Assembly: GCA_033442325.1 (NCBI GenBank)
Contig: JAWQFM010000014.1
Location: forward strand, 952,435-1,016,434
Length of the DNA stretch: 64,000 nt
Reading direction: 5' to 3'
Origin: Salpingoeca rosetta
Lineage: Eukaryota; Protista; Choanoflagellata
Shown here: positions 32,166 to 45,539 of the stretch, one piece after another
Layout: the number at the start of each line of letters is the position of its first letter
Numbering within the stretch: position 1 is the stretch's first letter
Notes under the pieces: model-generated
Databases searched by the model: none
What the model was told of the DNA's origin: nothing
The model's input: only the letters and a program-made list of their open reading frames with translations
Made by a program: the position numbers and the translations under genes

Positions 32166-32506
32166 GTCAGGACAAAATTGGTGTGTCACATCATGTCACA
32201 TCACATCAAGTCAAGCCATACACACGAGCCATGGCGAGGGAAATGTGTCGACAAAACTCACAGCAGAAGTTGTCGTGGGCCCGCACCAGGTTGGCACAGT
32301 TCTGTTGTTGCGTGTCCGTGTGTGTGTGTGTATGCGTATGTGAGTGAGTCAAGAAAGATGAACACAAGGGAACATGGAGGCATGAAGACATAAGCCAGAA
32401 GAATATGGGATGAGGCCAATGCCATGGTGTGCACCAAAACACACACCAGGGGCTCGCCTGTCCGGGGATCCAGGTTGCACCCGAAAAAGTTGGCGAAGGC
32501 GGGCAT
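26203..32506 (-). CDS. Dynamin-like pseudo-GTPase + helical stalk + LRR-like repeats + TPR + MLLE(PABC) + Gly/Glu/Asn repeat tail
   Basis: Exons ~31959-31298, ~30950-29449, ~29158-29072, ~28784-28686, ~28533-28448 and ~28247-26203 join in frame at GT-AG sites. Dynamin-like G1 region LPETKFGVSASQRDGASSLL, IVIRLTQPHFPRINAYDIPG, G4 TLMD. TPR ~27500-27850 (YNNRAECRLKL..KALFRKAEA). MLLE ~27060-27260 (QFLGDRLF..AGRITGMLLE). The 5' exons and the start codon (32506) are uncertain. Confidence 0.72.
26206..27030 (-). repeat. Coding minisatellite (EGGENNN(Q/N/D) and EGGEGNQ units) with a 288-nt higher-order duplication
   Basis: Units of 21-30 nt; the sequence at 26413 recurs near-identically at 26701 (offset 288 nt = 96 aa). 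Confidence 0.9.
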
Positions 32507-33593
32507 GTCGGCGTTGACGGATGGCAATCGAATGAAGCGACGCCGTGGGCGGTGATTGTAGGGGGTGTTGGCGTTTGTGTCCTTGCTTGCTTGGTGGTGG
32601 TGGAAGCGATATCAGTGCTGATGTGGATCAGGTGGCGTGAGATATGAGATGTGATGATAATGTGAGGCTTTCTTCGTTCTTGCGGTGTGCTTTGTTCTTC
32701 GGTGTTGGGGAAAATGGACGTCAGGACAGAGCGAGAGCGCGGTGCTGTGCAAAATGGCTTTGTCCACGCCCGCTTGCGCCCACGCTCAGACGCCTGACGT
32801 CTCACTGACTGGCTGGCTGGCTTGCTTGCTTTGCGGGGTTGGTCGCAACCACAACATCATGACTCATGCTGCGACGATGAGGATGACACAACAATTGGTG
32901 GAAAATGCCAAGTCAGCGTTTTTTCCATGACTGCGGCTGTGTGACATGACAGACTGCTGCTGTGGCGTGCCCTTGCCCTTGCTTGCTTGGCATGTCCCAT
33001 GCTCTGCTGCCTCCCTTCCTGACTCTCGACCCTCAACGTGTACACATCACACGTGGCATGTCACACATCATTTGGTGACGTGCAAGTGTGTGACGGAAAT
33101 TTTTCAGACCTTCGGCGTCAAGTGACAACTGTGCATGCATGTGTGTGTTGGCTGTTGCTGATGGATAGATATGTCTTTGTCGAGGACACAAGAGGACACC
33201 AGACCGGACATCAACAAAGCCATCGTGGTCATCAAGTCACGGCATCACACACACACACACAGTCACAATCGTCGTAGTCGCACTCATCACAAGACACACA
33301 CGTGCACATCACATTGGACATGGCATGCAACGCCATGCAATGCAACGGACGCCAGCAATATACCCGCAACAGCAACGCACCAACTGAAATGAAAGCCCAA
33401 ACGCAGACAACGGGGCTTCTTCGCGCAAGCAAGATAAGATAGTCACTGCCTTGCACGAGTTCAAAAATAAAATCACACATCAAGTACAATATGCAACGCT
33501 CAGAACGAGGGAGCGCCGCAGGCACACACACACATACACACACACACGCACGCGCATCTTTGGAAGCAAGGGCTGCCTCTTGGATGGCAGCGC

Positions 33594-36500
33594 CTACTCT
33601 TCCTTGTCAGCCTTGACTTGGTCGCTCTGGTTGCCACTCTCAGCAGCAGCATCAGCCCCCTGCTCTTCAGCAGCTGCGTCGCCGTCAGTCGAGGCATCGC
33701 CACTCTCCTCTTCCTGCTTCTTGTCCTCCTCCTGTGCCTCTTCCTGCTCCTTCTCCTGCTCCTTCTCCTGCTCATCTGCCGCGGGCTCGGCCTGCTCGTC
33801 CTCGTCACCAGCAGCTGCCTCCTCCTCCTCCTGCTGCTCATTCGTCTCCTCCTCCTCCTTCGCGGGCTCCTCCGCCTCTTCCTCCGCGGTCGTGTCATCA
33901 CCACCAGCCATCTCCTCGCTTGCCTCAGTCTCGGCAGGCTCCTCCTCTTGCGGCTTCTCTTCAGTCTCCTCAGCCGGCTTATTCTCCTTCTGCGCCGCCG
34001 CCTCCTGAGCCTCTGGTTCAGCTGCCTCATCCTCCTTCTCTGCCTCTGCCGTTTCCGCAGCGGGCTCTTCGCTCTCGCCCTCTGGCTGCTGCTCTGGCGC
34101 ATCCTCGCCTGCATTCTCCTCTGCATCAGCAGGGCTGCTGTCATCCTCCGTCTGCTTCTCTTCCTCCTCTGCGGCGGGCTCGTCGACTGCCTCTTCTGCC
34201 TCCTCTTCCTCGGACGGCTTCTGGTCTTCTTGCTCCTCATCTTCCGCGGCATCTTCAGCCTTCTCCTCAGGCTCAGCCTCCGTCTTCTCTTCCTCCTCAG
34301 CAACAGCATCGGCTGGCGCCCCTTCCTCCTTGTCCTCCTCCTCCCCGGCTGCATCCTCGTCCTTCTTCTCCGCTTCCTCGGTCACTGCTTCGACCTCATC
34401 CGGCTTGTCGCTGTCGGCGCCGTCAGCAGGGGCAGCGGCCTCTGCCTGCTCCCCCTCCTGCTGCTGTTCCTCATCCGCAGCAAGTGTTTCCTCGCCCGCC
34501 TCCTCGTTCTTGTCTTCCGTCGTCTCCTGTTCCTCGCCCTCAGGCTCCGCTGCCTCTGGTTCTGCCTCTGCCTCCTCTTCTTCCTTCTCCCCCTTCTCCT
34601 CTTCAGCGTCTGCTGCCTCATCCACATTGTCTTCCTCTTCTCCAGCTGTGGTCTCCTTCTCCTCCGCCTCACCCTCTTCGGTTGCCTCCTCATTCTTCTC
34701 TTCTTCTTCCACTTGCTCTTCTTCTTCCACTTGCTCTTGCTGCTCTTCATTGCCGCTGCTCTCGCCACTCTCGATGTCGTCCTCCTTCTCTTTGAGCAGC
34801 TTGATGCCCTTGTACAGCGCGCAGATGATCTCCGCCTCCGTGATGCAGAAGCGCGCGCGTGGCGAGATGTCGCACACACCGCCCTCGCCAATCGGCGTGT
34901 GTTCTCCACCAATCCCGCGCACACTCAGCCCAAGCGGCTTGCACACCTCCTTCGCCTTGGCATCTGTCCCGTCAGCCGTCAGCTTCGGAAGCCCAATGTG
35001 CACGCTCGCGCGCATCCCCGTGCCCAGGTTCGTCGGGCAGCTCGTCACAACGCCGTAGTCTGGCGACATGGCAAACGACAGGCCCTCAATCCCGCTCACA
35101 ACATCAAGCGCCGTCTTGAGCCGGTCAAACACGTCGTTCAGCACCGTGCCCTTCTTCATGCACATGATGCGCAGGTGGTCCTCCTCGCCAACCCAGATCA
35201 CAAACCCGCGGTCCTCAGACACGTAGCACCCGCGCCCGTACGGCCAGTCAGACGCAATGCCCGCGCTCGCCAGGTACGGGTCTGCCGCCATGTCCTTGAA
35301 CATGATGTGGTCCGCCACCAGCTGCTTGTACTCCTCGTCGCTGATCTTGTCCGGGTGCCCGGGCGTCAGCGAGTTGTACCCGCCCCCGTACTCGGGCATT
35401 GCCTTGAGCTTCTCAAACGCCTCGCACATCTGTGTGCCATGTGTGCCATGTGCGTGCGATGTGAGTGATGTGTGAGCGAGCGAGGAAGAGAGTGGGGTGT
35501 GTGCGATGTGAGTGATGTGTGAGCGAGCGAGGAAGAGAGTGGGGTGGGGGCGAGGTGAGGCAGTGAGGGCTCACGCATCAGGGTATGAACGCACACGCAT
35601 ACACATGCACACACACATGCACACACACACACACACACCTTCTTCTCGAGGCTGACGCGGTCCTCCTGCGTCATGGCGCCTGGCAGTGGGAAGTCAGCAA
35701 GGTTGCGTCCAACGCGCACGCGCATGCTCAGGGCTGGCAGCCCAAGTGCCGCAAGGTCCAGCTTGCCGCCCTCAGGAAGGCCCTCAACCCCAGACAGGTC
35801 CCAGCTGTTCACGTGCTTGGCATCCTCGGCAACGCCGTGGTAGTCCGCAATCACCTTGCTGAAGAACGGCTTGAACCGGTCGTAGTCCGCGGGCTGCATG
35901 GCGTCTGTGTCGTGCCGTTGTGCACGTGCGAATGTGTGTGTGTGTGTGTGTGTGCGTGTGCATATGTGTGTGTATGTGCATGTGCGTGTGTGAATGCGTG
36001 TGTACGTGTGTGTGAATGCGCGCGCGTGTGTGTGAGCGAGTATGTAAAGGAAAGAACGCATGAACACGTAGGCGAGAGAGAGAATGTGTGTGTGTGTGTT
36101 TGTGTGTTTGTGTGTGTTGAGGCATACGCAACACCAACCGAGCAACATCACGGCCAACGCAAGCCCAAAACACGCAGCAGCAAAATAACAAAGCATGGCT
36201 GCGCGCGCACGGTGTTGTCGCATCTACTCACAGCAGCCCATGGAGGAGTCTGGGTTCTCCAGACCGCTGCGGCAGCACTGCACCAGACCGCGCTGTTGGT
36301 CCTTGTCGAGTTCCATAAAGTACGCAATGTCAAAGTGCTTGGCCATGCGGTTCTCAGGGTTGGACTCGCGAATCTGGTTGATCTTCAGGTTGACGTTGTA
36401 AGCGTGGAGAAACGCCGGCTGCTCGTCCTGCTTGTCGGCAGCATCCTCGCCCTTGGGCTGCTCTTCCCCTGAGGCGGTGGCGGTGGCGGGCGCCGTCTGC

Positions 36501-36715
36501 ACTTCCTGGTGGGTGGCGTCTTCTTCAGCCACAGTCTCCAGCCGAGAAGCAACACCGGCGCCGTTGGCCTGGGTGTTGTTGTCGGCCTTGCCGTTGACTT
36601 GAGTGTTGTTGTTGTTGTTGGCGGTGGCACCATTGCCATTGGCGTTCATGCCGTCGACAGGGCCGTTCTTGCCGCCAAGCACTTGCGTGGAGTTGCAGCT
36701 CGCGCAGTTGCCCAT
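33594..36715 (-). CDS. Phosphagen (ATP:guanidino) kinase with N-terminal acylation motif and a ~390-aa acidic C-terminal tail
   Basis: Three exons: MGNCASC..SGLENPDSSMGC|YAMQPADYDRFKPFF..SMRVRVGRNL..|..DWPYGRG..WVGEEDHLRIM..TSCPTNLGTGMRASVH..SVRGIGGEHT..DISPRARF, followed by an E/A/D-rich tail. Confidence 0.93.
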
Positions 36716-36951
36716 GGTTGTGGTTGAGGCTTGGACGATGGACAAACTAAGTCGGTTTGGAGGAGTGGAGGAGGGAAGGGTGGGGAAGACTCTGTTGTGG
36801 AGATAGACTGGGGATAAGGTGGTGTGGATTTGGGCGCGCGTGTTCGTGTCATGCGTATGTATGCAAGTCCATACCGTAAGCGCGCGAGTGTGGCAACGCA
36901 AACATGAACACGTCGACAAGCACCACACACACACACACATACACAAAAGCG

Positions 36952-36997
<46 letters not shown>

Positions 36998-37792
36998 GGA
37001 CCCTGAGTGCTCTTTCAACGTAGCAGTGCCGTGAACTTGACGTATGTGCACGTGTATGTGGTGTGTGCCGCGCACCGAAAACGCACACAATCACAAACAC
37101 AAACAACACCACGTGATGGGAGATACATGTGCACACATGCATGTACACACACACGCACACACGCACACACACACACACACACAGCCATGTACACACGCAC
37201 ACACGCGTACACATGTACATTCACGCACACACGCACGCACACACACACCTTGCTCCTCGTCTTTGCTCGTTGGGTCGTCGGCTTTGTCAATGTTTGTTCG
37301 AAGGCGGGTTGTTGGTTGCTGTGGTGTGAGCCACGAATGAGCAGATGCGCAACACACAAGGGAAGGAAACAGGCGTGTTGTGCTCTCACAAACAAACAGG
37401 CAGAGAAAAGGTCATGAAGCAGAGGGAAGGTTGCTGTGCAAAGTGTTGTCAAGCACACAGACAGAAGAAGAAGAAGAAGAATCAGAGCAGGGGGAAAACA
37501 AGCGAGAGAAGAAGAAGAAGCAAACATCAGTTTCCGCTTCGCGCCGAAACAGCTATCCACCACGAACGCAAATGACGTCATCAAAGTGTGGCGAACTGTC
37601 TAAACGCGTTTATCTTGTTTTGTTCAGCGACGCGCCGCCGACGACGACACACGAAGATGTTGGTCATCATCCATCCACCATTTGCACGAAGGACAACCGC
37701 AACGTGCTGGTGGTGCTGGTGCTGGTGCTGGTGCTGACCGACTGCTGCTGTGCTGCTGCTGGTTGCTGTGCTTGCTTCGCTGTGACTCGAGG

Positions 37793-38494
37793 ATGGAGTC
37801 GTTACCTGCACGAAGACGGCAGCTCGCCCTCTTCACACACAAGCTGGAGCAAACCGGCGGCACATCGGTCAGCCACCGCGTGTGTCATGTGTGTGATGTG
37901 TGTGTGATGTGTGGTTTGTGAGTGTGGGAGTGAGTGTGTCTTCGTGAGTGTGATGCGGGTGATGCGTGTGCATCGTTGTGTGTGTGTGTGTGTTGCGATG
38001 GCAATGCATATGCGTGGTGGGTGTCAGTCGCAGCAATAGAGCGTCGCGCAGGCCGTCCCTTCCACGTGAAACATCCCAAGAACGTTGACACATTACAACG
38101 CACTTGGCCACACTTCACAATGCGTCCATCACTCTCACGTCCTCATGTTCGCACATTTATGCGCGATGCAGGCGCTGCTCTCCGGTTTCGCCCTCGTGGC
38201 CATGGTGGAGTTGAACTTGCCAGAGGGACGTACACATGTGGAAGAGTTTGACAACAACCCAGTGTTCTACATCTTTTCTGCAGTAACGTCGGTGCTGATC
38301 GCGCTCCATCTGTTCGCACTGATGGTGTCAACCAGCGTACTTCCCTATCTCAAAAGTGCCATCGAAGACATTGATCATCACCTTGCACAGAGAGCACTCA
38401 CCGCCCGCGCAAAGGGCCAAGCCCTGCACAATCTCATCGGGCCCCAAGGTGTCGTGCTTCGTGTGCTTTCGTGTGTGTGTGCTTGTGTGTGTGC

Positions 38495-38567
<73 letters not shown>

Positions 38568-38642
38568 TGGGTGTGCTTGTGTGTGTGCTTGTGTGTGTGC
38601 TTGTGTGTGTGTGTGTGGGTGTGGGTGTGCTTGTGTGTGTGC

Positions 38643-38689
<47 letters not shown>

Positions 38690-39876
38690 GCGTGCGCTGC
38701 ACCACACTGCACCGCACTGTACTGTACTGCATTGCACTGCACTGCGCTGCACTGCACTGTCAGACTGTGTATGTACAATCCGTGATTATCAATGACACTC
38801 AATAATGCATTGGCTCATCTCGTACTGTTGGGTGCCCCCTTCGACGCTGCTACAGACACTCTGTTTGATGATACAACCGACACTTCCCACGATAATGTGC
38901 GATCCGACGTATATGTGCATGTGTGTTCGTGTGTGTATGCGTGAGTGGATGTTGTGCATGTACCGTTGTGTATGTCTGTGCGCATGTCTATGTGTGTGTG
39001 CGTGCATTTGTTATGAAGATGGCTCTCTTCTGTGTCTGTCGTTGGTTTGGCGCTCCTCATCGTGTTGTGTTGGTGGCTGGGATTAAGGGGTTGCTGGAGC
39101 GTGTGAAGCACTTGGACCAGTTCTCGTCGTACATCAGCAAAGCGTGGTTCTTTGCCAATGGCGTCGGCATTGCGCTTTTCCTTCTCCAGCTCGCCCTCAT
39201 CTCATACATCAAGGTTGGGTTTGTGCTTGAGCTTTGCGGTCGTGGTTGTGGTTGTGGTTGTGTTTTGTTGTTGCGTCTTTGTTTGCATCTGTCCTCGTGA
39301 TTGTGGTTGCGGCTGCTTTCGTGGCTGCCTCTGCTTGTGGCTGCTGAGCCTCGTACGTGCACGTGTCTCCCCCCCCCTTTTCTAGCTTGCCACCGTGATA
39401 CCAACTTGCTTGCCCGTCCGCCTGCCCAAGGCTCCTCCTTGAATGGCTCACGAATGACTTGACACGCACCGCATTTCTTCTCTGCTAGTTTCTGGCGCAC
39501 ACCCCTGGTGCTGGGTGGACTGGCGTGGGCACCCTGAGCCCGGCATTTGTCCTGTTTATGGTTTTCATCTATCGCTTCTATCGCAAGATTGTGGGCTCCC
39601 AATCAACGGTCCTCAAGGCCACCGCAGAGCAGGTTACACGCGGATGGATGCTTGTGTCTGCATGTGACTGAATACGTGTGCTTGTGTTCGTGTGCGCATG
39701 TGTGCGTGTGTGTGTGTGTGTGCATGCGTTTCAAATTGTTTGCTTGTGTCGATGTCAAATGTCAAATGTCGCTCGTTGCTTGTGTTTCATCTGCGTTTGG
39801 GGGGGGGGTTCAATATCCAAAAGCTTAACCCTAGATCCAACCTACACCTATCCACACCTTCACATCAGCCTCCCCT

Positions 39877-39926
<50 letters not shown>

Positions 39927-40326
39927 TCACACACACATGCGCGCACACACACGCGCACGCAACGACCAGGTGGAGCAAGCGGCAAACGACTACGACCAGA
40001 CCAACACGGTTGCGTTCCAGCTGCCTCGCATTGAGTCCAACTTGTCCAATTTGAGCTTCCACTCGTTGCCGAGCGAGCAGACACCGACGCCAAGCATCCG
40101 ATCACAGCACAGCGAGCACGGCGAGCACAGTGATGCAACACAGCAACAACGGCGCCAGCAGCAGGGGCAACGGCAATACAGCGAACAGCAGCGGCCGTCT
40201 CCCAACCGCCTGAGCGTTCCCACGTTTGGTTCGCCCATGCTCAAGCGACGCACGTCCTCGCAGTACTCGTCCCCTTCCACGCTCTCCGAAGCAAGCAACG
40301 AGGACCAGCGCTCCTCGGTCGTCTAG
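37793..40326 (+). CDS. ORAI: Orai (CRAC channel) homolog
   Basis: Six exons: TM1 KLEQTGGTS|[13 protein letters not shown]; TM2 [21 protein letters not shown]; small exon DTLFDD..SD (~38856-38908) that restores phase; TM3 [28 protein letters not shown]; TM4 [20 protein letters not shown]; Ser-rich tail. Confidence 0.92.
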
Positions 40327-41473
40327 CAGTCGCTGTGTTTGGTTGTGTGCGTTTATACGTTTGTTATGTGTTTGTGTACATGTGTATATCTTTTGTATGT
40401 TTATCTGTCTGTGGCACAGACACACTCACACAGACACACTCACAAACAAACACACAAGCAGACAGACAAATTCGTACTTCCGTGCTCACAATCGCGCACA
40501 CTACATGCCGTGTCCCTTCACCATTGTTTCTGACACTGCCTTGTCTGACATACGTAATTGTTGCTGCTTCTGCTGCTGTACATACCTGTCATGTGAATGA
40601 GTGGATGTGTGAGTGACCGCGCGTAAATCCGTGAGCGATTGAATGGGAGAGTGAATGGGAGATTGTGAGTGGCTGATGTGAGCGAGTGCGAGGGTGAATG
40701 GGAGATTGTGAGTGGCTGATGTGCGCGAGTGGGTGCCACGACCACGAACACACACACCGCACGAACACACACGAACACACAACACAAACTGGTCCACGAC
40801 CAGCCATAATCACGACACCATAAAAATGTATTTTCCGGACGGAAGGACTGTTTATTCGTCAGGAGCGTATTGAGTGGTGGATAGCGACGTCTGCAGCAAT
40901 TTAGAGTACAATTTGTGCGAAACGTAGATTGTTCTGAAACGTGCCTTCGGTGCTATTCGGCGCCCTAAACGCCACCGCCAACCCCACGAGCACCTCACCA
41001 TCAAGGCATGCAGCGGAGGCGCGGGTGTGGTTGTTGACAGACAGCCCCAAGGCGCACAGGAGACGATACGGATGCTCCCTTACCAGTTTCAAATTCCAGC
41101 ACGAAAACCGCACACACACATTATAAGTCATACGCAGCTTGTCTCGTCTTTCGAGCACCCCCGACTCTCTGTTGTCTCCCCTCTGTCTCCATCCATCTTT
41201 GCTGGTGCCATCGAGTGCTTCTTGTGTTGGTGGTGGTGGTGTTGTTGTTGTTTTGGCACCTCCTCAAGCAAGGCAGTTTGCATTGCCAACCAAACACAAC
41301 CAACCCCAGCCAAGCCAGCCACATCTACCACCACCGCATCGCGCACCCGGCGTCCGCGCATCCCACAGTAGCGAACAACCTTGTCCACACCGCCTTTGTT
41401 CAACACCCCCCCCCCCCACACACACACCTCACGAGCACCGCTTCAGCTTGCACTGCCAGCACAAGCACGCGGT

Positions 41474-42086
41474 ATGGAGCGTCGTGGCCGTCACAGGCAG
41501 AGCTCCATGCGCGGCCGCCGCTTGGCTCGGCCAACCACCCCTGGCCGGCTGCCGGGAACAGAAGGGACGGACGCTACTGCACCTGTGCAGCCGCCACATG
41601 ACATTGCCGATGCAGCGGCAACCCTCAAGCCGCCACTGTCCCCATCGGACACCGCCAACACCGAGGGCAGGCGCTCCAAGCGCTCCTCGAGACGCAGCAG
41701 CTTTCGGCTGTCGTGGCGTCGGCGAAAGAAGCCACTCAAGCAGGACGCCGACGACGACACCTGCAGCGGCACCAGCAAGGCTGACAGCACCAACGCCAGC
41801 TGCGCCGACAACAAGTCTGCTGCGGACGAGAAGACATCCGTCGCCTCCCGCGTCCGCCGGCTCTTTGGCGGCAGCCTGCGCAGGTCAGCGTGCATGTGTG
41901 TGTTTGCATGGACGTGTGTGTGCGTGCATGAATGTATGTGTGTGTGTGTGTGTGGGCATGAGTGTGCACGTAGGTGCGTGTGTGTGCATGAGCTGATGTG
42001 ATGCCATTGCAGTCCATGTTTGCACTGCCAACCTTTCAAACACACAAGCGCACAAACACAAAAGCATGTACACTCACACACACACA

Positions 42087-42160
<74 letters not shown>

Positions 42161-43836
42161 CACGTGTCACTCTGCTCCTGGCGTGTGCGCTCGTGCGTAT
42201 GTGTGCGTGTGTTGTGTGTTCTCGAGGCGTTTGAGATGGCGCGGCTTGTAGGCGCTCCTCTGCTTGTCACGTTAACTCCTTCATTGTGCACCCACTGCTC
42301 TGCTCCACTCTTTCCACTGCTCACTTGCCTTGCTCCCCGCAACACGGACATACACACACCTTAACGCGCATACGCACACATGCAGATGTTTGGCAAGTCA
42401 AAGAGCGAGTACAACAGCGGTGCGCTTGACCCGACCCAGATTATGGCCCGCCGCCACACCGCGCGCTCCCGTCTCAAATCCGTCACCAGCAGCGACCGCT
42501 CCTCCCCTGACGCCGCCCGCGTCTTTGGCCGGCCACTGGACGAGGTGTTGCCAGTGTGTGCGTGTGTGTGTGCGTGCGTGCGTGTGTGTCAGGCGTGTGT
42601 TATGCGCTGCAATTTATCTGGTATCCTTCTCCAAACCCACTCACCCTCCCACCTTCACTGCCAATGTTCTCCAGTTGATTGCGCACGACAAGAGGACGTT
42701 TCACATGCAGACACTTCGCGTCCCCTTCATTGTCCACAGCACATGCGAATACATCCGAGAACACGGTGTGTGTGCGTGTCTGCGTGTGCGTGTGCCTGTG
42801 CCTGTGTGCGTGTGTTTGCGCTTTTGTGTCCGCCCATTTGTCTTCCTGTGTGTCTGGGTGCCTGCCCGTACCTACCCGTGTCTCGTTCTCTCCCTCCCTC
42901 ACAGCACATTTCCAACACTTTATTGCAGGGTTAACTGTGCATGGAATCTTCCGCATCACCGGAGCAGCACGCAGAATCAGAATGGTGCGACGCATACGCT
43001 TGCTCATGCCTCACATGTGTGTGTGCGTGTGTTTCTGTCACCACAACCCCAATCACACGCCTGTAAATGATATACGCCCGTTGTCGGCGTCATCTTGCTC
43101 CCTCCACATGACACTCTCCTTTTCACCGCGCCAACACCCCATCCCACTCCACCCCATCACCCGCTCGACCCCTGTCACCTGATCAGATCAACGAGGCGTT
43201 TGAGGCCGGAGAGCGGCCAGACTACGACGGCATCCGCCCTGCAGACGTCACGTCTGTGCTCAAGTACTTTCTCCGCCAGATGCCCGAGCCACTGCTCACC
43301 ACCAGCCTCTATCGCGCGTTCCTCGATGTGCCCCAGCTCGACAGTGCCGTGCAGTTGCGTGCGCTGCGGCTGCTGTGCAGTCTTCTGCCCATGGAGCACC
43401 TGGAGGTGTTGCGCACGCTGCTCGCCCTCCTCAACGACATTGCCATCCGCGCACACGAGGTGCGTTTATATTTTTATTGTGTGTGTGATTGTGATTGTGG
43501 TTGCGTGGTTGCGTGTGTGTATTTGTGCGCGCGTGTGAGTGCATTAATCTGTGTATGACTGTGCTGTTGGCGGTTCTTGTACATGTACGAATGCATGCAC
43601 GCATGCGCCGGAAGCACTCACCATACGCGGGTCACTTCCTCGTGTGTGCAGACTGGCGGATCCGAGATGGACAGCCACAACCTTGCCGTCATCATGGCGC
43701 CAAACATCCTGCGACAGGTGAGCGAGCACACATGCATGCGCTTCAGCCGCTGTATGGAGAATGCATGATATGACGGCCGTGGCATTTGTGCATGCGTTCA
43801 GCGCGACGTTGGCTGGAGTGATTGCCGTGCCTCGCC

Positions 43837-43885
<49 letters not shown>

Positions 43886-45505
43886 CACGCAGACACACAC
43901 TACACACACTCACACGACACACACACGCACACACACATCACACATCCAACACCCAACGTCAACCTGCCTCCCTCCCTGCCCACAGGCGGCCTCTGATGTG
44001 GCTGCGAGCTCAAAGCAGCGGGCGCGATCACGTAGCATCGACCAGCGCACACTCATGTTCTCCGAGGACGCCTCAAAGAAGGTGGACCAGGTGAGCCTTG
44101 ACCAACCGTGCTCGCTGCATGCATGCAATTGTCACTCTCTGCTTGCCTTGTAGTGGGATAGAGATGCATGCTTTCATGCGTACGCATCATCACACGTGTG
44201 TTCGTGGCTGAGTTCTTGCTGTTTTTCTCCATTTCAACACCTCATGTCCGTTGCTCTCCACATGCATGCATGCATGCATTCTCTCACGTGCGGCTGCAAC
44301 CTGGACTTGTCCTCTGCAGGAATCCTATGCTGTCGAGCTTGTGGAAATGCTCATCGACTACAACGAACACATCTTTGTGGTGCGTTTGCGTTCACTTTCG
44401 CTCTTCAACACACACTTTTTACATGTTCATTCTGCTCATCAGTTGACACACGTTTACAAACGCAAACACACGCGCACACACACACACACACACACGTGCA
44501 CACACACACGTGCACACACGCGCACGCGCACATGAAACTTGACGTGGTTGACACCCCCTCTCCCTCTCCCTCTCCCTCTCCCTCTCACCACCACGCCACA
44601 CCTTGCGCCACATGATGCCTCTCCCTCTGCAACCACCCAACCCACCACCAGATCCCGCCAAATCTGCGCGACGAAGTGCTGCAGCATCACCAGTACGACA
44701 GCCCAAACATGGTGCTCATGATCATCACGGGGCTCGTGCGGGCACAGGCACGCCTGCTCCCGCCCTCGCCACCCAGCACCCCGGCTGCCGTGCGTGATTC
44801 TGTGGGCAGTTTGCCTAGCACGGCCGCCGCCACGACCGGCAGTGGGCAGATCCGCTGGTCGTCGCTCTTCCCTGGCAGCAGCACTGCCACGTCACGCATG
44901 CAGACACCAGACTCGCTCGCATCAAGTCGACGCGCCAGCACAGCAGCACACGCGCCCATGTCACCATCGCGACTGCGTGATGCTCCGAGGGCGGGCACAG
45001 GCGCAGGTGCAGCGCACAACGGCATCAATGTTCGTGTTGATGATGACTGTGCTGCTGCTGGTGATGATGATGATGACGGTGACGGTGATAACAGTTTCAG
45101 TGGCCATAACCGTCTGCGGCCCGGCGCACAGCAGCAGCCAACCCCACATGGCGGGGGTGACGTTGACCTGCACCGGGTGTCGCACATGGCTGTTGCTGGT
45201 GTGTCATCACAACTCTCCTCTGCGCGCGCGTCTCTCGATTTTGACAACGGCAGCAACGGCAACCAGCGGAAAGGTGGCCGCAGCAATGCAATCCCCAACA
45301 ACGGCAACAGCAGCACCAGTGCCGGCGTCAACATGAAGCAGCAGCTCATGGCTGATGGGATGCGCTTGAACAACACCATTGTGAACAACAACAGCAGCAC
45401 CAAATTGCCGGACCACACACTGATGCGCGCCAACTCAGACGCATCCGCAGACAGCGAGCTTGCGGCCCTGTGTGTCACCAACCACCACCAGCGCCACCTC
45501 CAGCA

Positions 45506-45539
<34 letters not shown>

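Noticed and set aside
33500-35468. Overlapping ORFs (616, 353 and 284 aa)
   Set aside because: Alternative-frame or antisense shadows of the acidic kinase tail.
35453-35550. ~48-bp tandem duplication (a similar 30-bp one lies at 40651-40723)
   Set aside because: Local slippage duplications in non-coding DNA; no terminal repeats or transposase.
40820-40945. AT-richer stretch with an Sm-site-like AATTTGTG
   Set aside because: No recognisable snRNA or tRNA sequence or structure; more likely the RhoGAP promoter. An Rfam scan would settle it.
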